Below are positions 12,887 through 19,154 of a stretch of DNA of 19,154 nucleotides, piece after piece. The stretch lies in IMG/VR virus record IMGVR_UViG_3300045988_078088, positions 1 through 19,154 of that record, one strand, 5' to 3'. Position numbers and translations under genes: made by a program. Under the pieces are notes generated by a model that worked only from the letters and a program-made list of their open reading frames with translations, searched no databases and had not been told where the DNA came from. The DNA is from a virus. How positions within the stretch are numbered: position 1 is the stretch's first letter; each line of letters starts with the position of its first letter.

Positions 12887-14800
12887 ATGGCTACCGTGTA
12901 CAATAAAACCGACAATTACGCGCTTAACTTGTATGGCGACAATGACCCCGCTGACCTGCGTGACGGATACAACGGCTCCATGCGCACCATTGACACGACA
13001 ATGGAACAACATTTAAGCCGTATCGAATCGGTGGAAAAGCGTGAAACCCATGATGAGGAAGTGGTCAAAGCGCTGATTGGCGACAATACCGTCGACAGCG
13101 CCACCGCCGCGAAAACCAAGTGGAACAAGGCGGAGTCGGACGCCGCCGCCGCCGCAAGCAAGGCCGACAGCAACACGGCGATTCTCGCCGCGTTGGGAGC
13201 CGACACCACGACGAGCGCCGCCGCCAATAAAACCAAATGGGATAAAGCGGGAGCGGACGCGGCGACCGCCATAGGCAAGGCCGACAACAATAAAACAATC
13301 CTTACCGCACTTGGAGCAGGCTCAACCGTTGACGCCACGGCGCAAAAAAACAAACTGGACAACACCGCCACCAAGGTGGATGAGCTTGCGGACGCACGTG
13401 TGGATAGCAAGCTTGACTCGCACTTCATCACTCATGCGCACCGTGGCTCCTACCGTTTCCCCGAAAACACCATGGAAGGGATTATGTGGGCGGTACGTCA
13501 TGGGTACGTGCCTGAAATCGACGTGCAGCTCACGTCGGACGGCGTGCCCGTAATCCTGCACGACACCTCCACCGCCCGCACCATGACGGGAACCGCCGCT
13601 AACGTGTCCTCTATTACCTATGCGGACTTTATGAGTCGTGAGGTTAAAGCGAAAGTGCATGGTGGCAACACCGGTAAGCCGGTGAGCATGGAACAGGTGC
13701 TGCAGGCCGTGGGGGATAGTCCCGTCGATTTTGAGATCAAGTCATTAACCAACGAAACTACGGACGCAATGCTGGAACTGCTACGCAAGTATAATGCAAC
13801 CGCAATCCACGAACTGACTTCGTTCAGTTGGGAACAGTGCGTCCGCGCCGTGCAAGGGGGTGTAAAATACGTTTCATGGACATGGGATGTAGACGCCATG
13901 CCGCACTCTTGGACTGATATGAAGAATGCCGGTATTTTCTGCGGCAATCCGCGTGAAGACAAACTCACCTCTTCGATGGTCAGCGCCGCGCACTCGGCTG
14001 GGGTCAAAATCAATCCGTGGCTTATCAATGATCCAGTGGCCTACGAGCGCGTCACCGCGCTTGGAGTGGATGGCATTACCTCCAATTGGCCGGATTACGC
14101 GACAAAGCAGATGTGTCGCAACTTCACGCCGTTCAGCACCGGCGAAAATACTTTTATCCGTCCAACACGGTTTCAGGTGTACGGCCAGCAAGCGTATGTC
14201 GACGTTTCGGACGCGGACAGAGCTAAAAGCACGTATCTCGCACCGGACGGACTGTTCCAGCTCGGCGACGCTGACGGACAGATGGCTGTTGAACTCGTCG
14301 AGGTTGGACAGGTGACTTTGCCGGTGTCAATCGATCTCGAAGGCTTCATGTCCCGCGTGCAGACTGGAACGGCTGGAGAGACGCGCAATATTGCAGTAGT
14401 GGCCGTCAAAGAAAGCACGGATATTGAACCGTGGGAGGATAACAAGAAGGCCGGACAGATTGGCATTATCGCGGGCGTACGACGTAACGGCGCCACCTTC
14501 GGCGGTTTCTATCAAGACAATAGAGACACGGTGCCGTTTGACTCGACCGACGCCAAGACGCCCGCTGTAGGCAATAACGATAGTGTCGCCGTGCATGCGT
14601 CCTTCGTGCTTGACAAAGACCATGCACGAATCATTTGGGCCTACTCCAATGGGCAGAATGGCGACATAATCACGGGCGAAAACAAAAACGTCACGCTGCC
14701 GGACGAAAAGTACCGGCTCTACTTGCGTGTCAACCGCAATTTCAAGAGCGCATGGAAAATCAGGGTACGTTCCACTGACGGTTATCTCTATGAAAGCTGA
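12887..14800 (+). CDS. Tail appendage protein with glycerophosphodiester phosphodiesterase (GDPD) domain, 637 aa
   Basis: The N-terminal anchor motif is NYALNLYGDNDPADLRDGYNGSMRTID. Two 39-aa Ala-rich repeats follow. The GDPD signature is HAHRGSYRFPENTMEGIMWAVRHGYVPEIDVQLTSDGVPVILHD ... GVDGITSNWPDYA. About 230 aa at the C-terminus are of unknown fold. The gene sits at the position of phi29 gene 12. Confidence 0.85.
   Translation: MATVYNKTDNYALNLYGDNDPADLRDGYNGSMRTIDTTMEQHLSRIESVEKRETHDEEVVKALIGDNTVDSATAAKTKWNKAESDAAAAASKADSNTAILAALGADTTTSAAANKTKWDKAGADAATAIGKADNNKTILTALGAGSTVDATAQKNKLDNTATKVDELADARVDSKLDSHFITHAHRGSYRFPENTMEGIMWAVRHGYVPEIDVQLTSDGVPVILHDTSTARTMTGTAANVSSITYADFMSREVKAKVHGGNTGKPVSMEQVLQAVGDSPVDFEIKSLTNETTDAMLELLRKYNATAIHELTSFSWEQCVRAVQGGVKYVSWTWDVDAMPHSWTDMKNAGIFCGNPREDKLTSSMVSAAHSAGVKINPWLINDPVAYERVTALGVDGITSNWPDYATKQMCRNFTPFSTGENTFIRPTRFQVYGQQAYVDVSDADRAKSTYLAPDGLFQLGDADGQMAVELVEVGQVTLPVSIDLEGFMSRVQTGTAGETRNIAVVAVKESTDIEPWEDNKKAGQIGIIAGVRRNGATFGGFYQDNRDTVPFDSTDAKTPAVGNNDSVAVHASFVLDKDHARIIWAYSNGQNGDIITGENKNVTLPDEKYRLYLRVNRNFKSAWKIRVRSTDGYLYES
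13091..13324 (+). repeat. In-frame tandem repeat, 2 x 117 nt (39 aa) plus a degenerate third copy to about 13400
   Basis: aaaaccaagtgg at 13112 and aaaaccaaatgg at 13229 give a period of 117 nt. The peptides are DSATAAKTKWNKAESDAAAAASKADSNTAILAALGADTT and TSAAANKTKWDKAGADAATAIGKADNNKTILTALGAGST. Confidence 0.85.
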
Positions 14801-14814
14801 CAGACTATCCTGAG

Positions 14815-14852
14815 TAATAGCCATGCCACTATAATTGGCGGCATGGCTATTA
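14815..14852 (+). promoter_or_regulatory. 13-bp perfect stem-loop whose 3' arm contains the start codon of the tail lysin
   Basis: TAATAGCCATGCC (14815-14827) pairs with GGCATGGCTATTA (14840-14852) around the 12-nt loop actataattggc, followed by cttttg. ATG 14843-14845 lies inside the right arm. Confidence 0.55.
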
Positions 14853-16066
14853 CTTTTGACGATTGGATTAGGCAGACACAAGGCCGCTACTGGGATATGG
14901 ACGGGGCGTATGGCGCCCAGTGCTGGGACCTGTGGGCCAAGTATTGTATGGACTTGTACGGTGCGTCCGTAAGCGATTGCATCACGCCAACCGGATACGC
15001 GGAAGGCAACTACACGCGCTTCCCCACGAACGCGAAGATGGCGCAGATTTTCGAAAAGAAACCCGCCGACTACAGCCCCGTCAAAGGTGACGTGGCGTTT
15101 TGGAATTTCTCAAGCCAACACACCGGCTCACACGTGAGCATTGTCATGGAAGACGGCGTGCATAACGGCCGCATCACCGTATTATCTCAAAACCCGAACC
15201 CCGCGCAGCGCATGACGTTCGACTTGACAGCGTTCCTAGGCTATCTGCACCCCAAGGCACTAGGCGAAGGGGGCGGCACGACCTCCACCGAAAAGAACCC
15301 CACCGGAGATAATAGTTACGGTTCGGCCGACTCCGCACGTGGTGGAGCGTGGATACATTGGCAAGGCGACAACCTCTACTTACGCGAAACCGACAACACC
15401 GGAACGCGAACCCGCATCTTTTACAAAACCACCGCCAACAATTTTTCGGAAAAGGCGTCACAATCGCAGCCGTCCAGTGACAACGGGCAGGCGCACCCCT
15501 CCACCTCAATATCACCGGAAAACTCGTACGCCCTCTATGTGGTCGGAACAGTCGAAGCGGGGCTTAGATGGGATGCAGTCGAAGCCGCGAACCTCCAAGG
15601 CATTGGCATTGCTCAATGGAGTTTCGAACGACGCTTGCAAGTGCTCAACGCGATGAAAGCCGCCGACCCAGCCGGATACGATGCGTTCAAGGCCGCCGCG
15701 CCTGAAATAGCCGCACTTATGGAGTCGGGCGGCACGTTCAAACGTTCGCTCACCTCTGCGGAAGCGGCCGCGTTCCGCACGTGGGCCGGACGGAATGAGT
15801 CAAAAGAGGGACAGCGAAAGCAGTTCGCGGAAGACTATCAGGGCTATCCGAAAGAATACAGTGATACCAAACTACAAATTTTGTGGGTGACGGCGTATCA
15901 TCAATCGCCCGCGAACGCGCTGAAAGTGCCGAAAGCGTCGAACCTCGCACAACTCAAAAACAACATTTTAAACACGTTCCCGTTCGGCCCGTATACGACA
16001 CGATACAATCAGGCGTATTCGTTGCTATCTGTGTGGGATGGCAAGTCTAATCCTCCAGCGTTCTAA
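14843..16066 (+). CDS. Virion-associated peptidoglycan hydrolase: N-terminal CHAP plus C-terminal phi29 gp13-type lysozyme-like domain, 407 aa
   Basis: The CHAP Cys/His motifs are GAYGAQCWDLW and GSHVSIVMED. In the C-terminal half, VGTVEAG...GIGIAQWSFERRLQVL resembles the phage tail lysozyme (gp13 N-terminal) pattern E...GLGLAQWT. The gene sits at the position of phi29 gene 13. Confidence 0.8.
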   Translation: MAITFDDWIRQTQGRYWDMDGAYGAQCWDLWAKYCMDLYGASVSDCITPTGYAEGNYTRFPTNAKMAQIFEKKPADYSPVKGDVAFWNFSSQHTGSHVSIVMEDGVHNGRITVLSQNPNPAQRMTFDLTAFLGYLHPKALGEGGGTTSTEKNPTGDNSYGSADSARGGAWIHWQGDNLYLRETDNTGTRTRIFYKTTANNFSEKASQSQPSSDNGQAHPSTSISPENSYALYVVGTVEAGLRWDAVEAANLQGIGIAQWSFERRLQVLNAMKAADPAGYDAFKAAAPEIAALMESGGTFKRSLTSAEAAAFRTWAGRNESKEGQRKQFAEDYQGYPKEYSDTKLQILWVTAYHQSPANALKVPKASNLAQLKNNILNTFPFGPYTTRYNQAYSLLSVWDGKSNPPAF

Positions 16067-16142
16067 AAGTGTGGTATACTTGACAATGGCAGTGGTTATG
16101 TGATGACCTTTCCTCTTAAACGGCTGCCATATTGATAGGTTG

Positions 16143-16178
16143 GTGGAGGGCGTGCGAGTCATGGCGCACGCCCTCCAC
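16143..16178 (+). promoter_or_regulatory. 14-bp GC-rich perfect stem-loop just upstream of the ATPase RBS
   Basis: GTGGAGGGCGTGCG (16143-16156) pairs with CGCACGCCCTCCAC (16165-16178) around an 8-nt loop. There is no U-tract. The RBS AGGAGG (16186-16191) and ATG 16201 follow. Confidence 0.5.
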
Positions 16179-16200
16179 TAGTTCTAGGAGGGTTGCAAAC

Positions 16201-17268
16201 ATGACATTGCAAACGCTTGACGAAAACGATTATTACGACTTGCACAATCTTTTGACGCGAAACGCGCCGTGGAATTTCGTGATCGGCGCGCGCGGTTTAG
16301 GTAAGACGTTCGCCGCAAAACGATACGGTATTAAAGAGTTCATTAAAAACGGCCATGAGTTCATTTATCTGCGCCGAACCGACGTCGAACAGCATAGAAA
16401 AGAGACCTTTTTCAAGGACATTCAGGAATTTTTTCCGTCCTACGAATTTCGCGTGAACGGCGAAAAAGGGCAGATTCATAAGACGGCGTGGGACGAGAAG
16501 GATTGGCGTACCTGCTGTTATTTCGTAGCTCTCTCGCAAGCGGGCGGACTCAAGTCAGTCGCCTATCCCAAAGTCCACTTGATTATTTTCGACGAGATCT
16601 TCCCCGACAATCTGCGTTTTTTGAGTAACGAAGTAAATTCGTTTTCCGAATTTTACAACACCGTAGACAGGTGGCAGGATAGAACAAAAGTACTATTCCT
16701 ATCGAACGCGGTTCAAAAAGCCAACCCGTATTTCGCCAAATACCGACTGGACATCGGAGCACAACAAGCCAACCAACAACAATACAGGCTTTACTGCGGT
16801 GGGTTTATCTGTCTCGAACTGGCCGACTATGGCGGTTTCTCGGCAAAAGTCGCACAATCCAAGTTCGGCAGATTCTTGGAGCGGTATGACGGCGACTATG
16901 CGGACTACGCCATACGCAATAAATTCCGTGACGAGTCGGACACTTTGATAGCGCCAATACCCTCAGACGGCGAGCTGTCCTACATTTTGGACACTGCCGG
17001 CTATGCGCAGTTCGGCATATGGATTTCCGTGTCCGAACGCAACGGGCATGTTTCACAATATGTTTCACGACGCATTCCAAAAGACAACAACCGCCCCGCC
17101 TACACGCTCGACCCGAACCACGTTGACGAAAAAACATGGTATGTCAAAAAGTCGGACGATATAATAAGGCGACTCACTACCGGCTATCGGCTTGGCAAAA
17201 TAAGATTCGATGACTCACAAGTCAAAGCAGATTTTGGTTTGATAATCGGAGAACTGCTAGGGAAATAG
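16201..17268 (+). CDS. DNA packaging (encapsidation) ATPase, phi29 gp16-like, 355 aa
   Basis: Walker A NFVIGARGLGKTFA matches phi29 NFVIGARGIGKSYA. FIKNGHEFIYLRR matches FIKYGEQFIYVRR. Walker B is HLIIFDEIF. FLSNAVQKANPYF matches CLSNAVSVVNPYF. AGGAGG lies 9 nt before ATG 16201, so the track start at 16132 is rejected. Confidence 0.93.
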   Translation: MTLQTLDENDYYDLHNLLTRNAPWNFVIGARGLGKTFAAKRYGIKEFIKNGHEFIYLRRTDVEQHRKETFFKDIQEFFPSYEFRVNGEKGQIHKTAWDEKDWRTCCYFVALSQAGGLKSVAYPKVHLIIFDEIFPDNLRFLSNEVNSFSEFYNTVDRWQDRTKVLFLSNAVQKANPYFAKYRLDIGAQQANQQQYRLYCGGFICLELADYGGFSAKVAQSKFGRFLERYDGDYADYAIRNKFRDESDTLIAPIPSDGELSYILDTAGYAQFGIWISVSERNGHVSQYVSRRIPKDNNRPAYTLDPNHVDEKTWYVKKSDDIIRRLTTGYRLGKIRFDDSQVKADFGLIIGELLGK

Positions 17269-17283
17269 GAAGGAATAGCAACA

Positions 17284-17646
17284 ATGACAACAGCGGACGT
17301 ATGGTGTACCATCGCAGTCACGTTCTTCACCACCACCGATTACGTAACCGGCGTGGCGAAAGCCATCATACAAGATAATCTGAGTTCAAAAAAAATGCGG
17401 GAGGGGCTAGGCCACAAGTTCGCCTACTTCATCCTCGTACTGACAGCATGGTTTATCGATGAAGTTAACCTGCATGTTGATTTGGGGCTGCCGGTGTCCG
17501 TATTCGTTTGTACGGTTGGCGGAATATGCTTAATCGAACTCACATCGATTTTGGAAAATATCACCGTAATTAATCCAGAATTGGCGGACGCGCCATTCAT
17601 GAAAATCTTCGCACAGAACGCGCCTAACGCTAAGCACGGAAAATGA
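17284..17646 (+). CDS. Holin (phage_holin_4_1 / phi29 gp14-like family), 120 aa
   Basis: Hydrophobic helices are present, together with the family pattern DYVTGVAKAI...SSKKMREGLGHKF...ELTSILENI. Compare phi29 gp14 DTVLGVLFAK...SSFKIKTGVLIKV...EIYSIFGHL. The gene lies next to the endolysin. Confidence 0.8.
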   Translation: MTTADVWCTIAVTFFTTTDYVTGVAKAIIQDNLSSKKMREGLGHKFAYFILVLTAWFIDEVNLHVDLGLPVSVFVCTVGGICLIELTSILENITVINPELADAPFMKIFAQNAPNAKHGK

Positions 17647-17819
17647 ACACAATCATCTCATATTTGATACTGACCGGGCTTACGGCGATTGGAATTGCGA
17701 TGTGGTTCGCATCCTTCGCCGTCCAATATCCGCAGTTCCGTCGTGCCGCATTCATCTTCATGCTTATCACGGCAACGCCGTGGGTGACGGCAACATTATA
17801 TCTGACACAAACCATGTAA
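17643..17819 (+). CDS. Small 2-TM membrane protein, 58 aa (possible holin partner/antiholin)
   Basis: Hand-translated: MNTIISYLILTGLTAIGIAMWFASFAVQYPQFRRAAFIFMLITATPWVTATLYLTQTM. The ATGA overlap with the holin stop suggests coupling. It ends 9 nt before the endolysin ATG. Confidence 0.5.
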   Translation: MNTIISYLILTGLTAIGIAMWFASFAVQYPQFRRAAFIFMLITATPWVTATLYLTQTM

Positions 17820-17828
17820 GGAGCGAAA

Positions 17829-18494
17829 ATGAATATCCAAGAGTGGATCAACTCAGTCAACGGCAAAACCATCGACATGGACGGAGCCTACGGCGGCCAA
17901 TGTTGGGACTTGTGGAGCAGCTACGCGCACAACGTGTACGGCATTCCAGTCGCTGACACCAACACCGTAGACGGATACGCCGCAAGCGTGTACACGGCGC
18001 GGTACGAACGCTCCCGCGCACTGCAAAACGCTTTCACCAAAGAGTCAGCCAACTATACGCCCGTTTACGGTGACGTGGCGTTTTGGAAACGCAGCGGGAT
18101 GAACCACGTCGCCATCGTGGTTCGAGACAATGGCAACGGCACTTTACAGACCATCAGCCAAAACCCCAACCGTGCCGGATATGTTAACATCGGCAAAAAC
18201 GGTATCATAGGCTACTTTCACCCCCGAAATAACAACGGCGGCAGTGACAACCCCAATAGCGTCGCAATCACCGCGCGCACCTATCATGTCAACGTGCCAG
18301 TGCTTAACGTGCGCTCGGCACCCAGTATCCACGGCGCAGTTGTGGCGCAATACCGCAAAGGACAGACTGTCAACCTCATGAGCGGTGGCATAATCGCAGA
18401 CGGCTACATTTGGGCGCACTACGTAGGCGGTTCAGGCAAGACACGATATGTCGCACTAAAAGCCGTGAACGGCACGACACAGTACCTCGCATGA
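17829..18494 (+). CDS. Endolysin: N-terminal CHAP amidase/peptidase plus C-terminal SH3b-like wall-binding domain, 221 aa
   Basis: AAGGAG lies 5 nt before the ATG. The CHAP motifs are GAYGGQCWDLW and MNHVAIVVRD. The C-terminus YHVNVPVLNVRSAPSIHGAVVAQYRKGQTVNL...DGYIWAHY is typical of SH3b. Confidence 0.9.
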   Translation: MNIQEWINSVNGKTIDMDGAYGGQCWDLWSSYAHNVYGIPVADTNTVDGYAASVYTARYERSRALQNAFTKESANYTPVYGDVAFWKRSGMNHVAIVVRDNGNGTLQTISQNPNRAGYVNIGKNGIIGYFHPRNNNGGSDNPNSVAITARTYHVNVPVLNVRSAPSIHGAVVAQYRKGQTVNLMSGGIIADGYIWAHYVGGSGKTRYVALKAVNGTTQYLA

Positions 18495-18502
18495 CATAAA
18501 GA

Positions 18503-18531
18503 AAGCCCCTAGGCTGTCAGTCTAGGGGCTT
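18503..18531. terminator. Bidirectional rho-independent terminator between convergent endolysin and right-end genes
   Basis: AAGCCCCTAG (18503-18512) pairs with CTAGGGGCTT (18522-18531) around a 9-nt loop. T-rich flanks occur on both strands (tattggtt on +, tctttatgtc on -). Confidence 0.8.
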
Positions 18532-18543
18532 ATTGGTTATATA

Positions 18544-18801
18544 TCAGTCGCAGTCATTAATCGAAACGAAGTACTCGCGGCACGGGCGCCCTTCCTTGGA
18601 ACGGCTTTTAGCGACCATGTTAATATCGTAGTTGTCGCTCAAGAAGACCTCTACGATACCTGCAAGCGCCCGATGGAACGAAAGAGTAGAATCATCTTCC
18701 AGTCCATCGATGGAAGTAAAGCCACTCCAAACCCCCTCAATAGTCACCTTGTATCGAATGTCCTTCTCGAACTCGACAACATGTGCAGTAAGATTAGTCA
18801 T
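18544..18801 (-). CDS. Right-end early protein, 85 aa, function unknown
   Basis: This is the only minus-strand gene. ATG at 18801-18799 is the last triplet-plus-one of the ITR, so the promoter and RBS are supplied by the ITR. The position is analogous to the phi29 right-early genes. The track's longer N-terminus (from 18882) is ITR read-through. Confidence 0.6.
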   Translation of the reverse strand: MTNLTAHVVEFEKDIRYKVTIEGVWSGFTSIDGLEDDSTLSFHRALAGIVEVFLSDNYDINMVAKSRSKEGRPCREYFVSINDCD

Positions 18802-19154
18802 TTTATTTCCTTTCCCTTGAAACCGATAACTACAGCATAACACAAACAAAAACACGACACGTCCGAAAACAAAACAAAGCAAAATAATAAAAACACCTAC
18901 CTACCGGTCGGTAGGTTACGGTTACGTTACCGTAACTTAGCGGGACACGGATTGTTGCATATACAACCATTGACACAGTGTCAATAAAAAAAAACGACAC
19001 GCCCGAAAATAAAAAAACTTGACAGGTGGGCGTAAAAAAAATACAATAGGACTATAAACAAAACAAAGTGACAACGAAGACGCAGAACAAAAAAAAATAA
19101 TACACAAATAAAAAAAACCACAAGGGAAAATCTTCACACAAACCCACACCCCTC
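18798..19154. repeat. Right inverted terminal repeat (357 bp)
   Basis: Exact reverse complement of 1-357. It ends at the last base of the window, and its inner boundary is TCAT at 18798-18801, the complement of ATGA. Confidence 0.95.
19019..19047 (+). promoter_or_regulatory. Outward-facing promoter inside right ITR (mirror copy)
   Basis: The + strand reads TTGACA (19019-19024), a 17-nt spacer, then TACAAT (19042-19047). It is the mirror image of 108-136. Confidence 0.4.

Noticed and set aside
12916-13431. 171-aa minus-strand ORF, and the possibility that the 117-nt repeats are a CRISPR-like or non-coding array
   Set aside because: The repeats are in frame within a long + strand CDS, they diverge at synonymous or conservative positions, and they have no unique spacers. 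The antisense ORF is an Ala/Ser-rich shadow.
16132-16200. Upstream start for the ATPase ORF (track start 16132)
   Set aside because: It would translate through the 14-bp GC hairpin and has no RBS. AGGAGG followed by ATG 16201 aligns with the N-terminus of phi29 gp16.
1-19154. Temperate or mobile-element features (integrase, repressor, att sites, transposase), tRNAs, CRISPR arrays
   Set aside because: I found none on either strand. The genome plan is that of a strictly lytic phi29-type phage, and the only long repeats are the ITRs.

Overview
This window is a complete linear dsDNA genome of a small phi29-type, protein-primed podovirus. Perfect 357-bp inverted terminal repeats (1-357 is the reverse complement of 18798-19154) reach both window edges. 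They enclose about 30 tightly packed genes, all but one on the + strand. The region 354-5327 is an early/replication module. It holds seven small orphan ORFs, several of them hydrophobic, followed by a p6-like DNA-binding protein, a p5-like SSB, a terminal-protein candidate and a family-B protein-primed DNA polymerase. The region 5557-18494 is a late operon collinear with phi29 genes 7-16. In order it encodes an acidic scaffold, a capsid with Ig-like C-terminus, the tail knob, the connector and the lower collar. A four-gene appendage cluster follows, ending in a GDPD-domain enzyme. The operon ends with a CHAP+lysozyme tail lysin, the gp16-like packaging ATPase, a holin, a small 2-TM protein and a CHAP-SH3b endolysin. 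One 85-aa gene reads inward on the - strand from the right ITR. I saw no integrase, repressor, tRNA or CRISPR. Coding DNA is of intermediate GC while the ITRs are extremely T-rich on the 5'-ending strand. The lysis and appendage enzymes point to a Gram-positive, teichoic-acid-bearing host that I cannot name. Five observations deserve follow-up. (1) A self-contained promoter-to-terminator unit of about 165 nt sits just downstream of the polymerase gene, at the position and size of the phi29 pRNA locus. (2) The polymerase has a shortened exonuclease region and non-canonical catalytic motifs. (3) The ITRs end exactly after ATGA, so two unrelated genes share promoter, RBS and start codon. (4) The ITRs also carry an outward-facing near-consensus promoter. 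(5) An N-terminal anchor motif is repeated in three consecutive appendage genes. All homology statements rest on manual comparison with phi29 protein sequences recalled from memory and need confirmation by database search.
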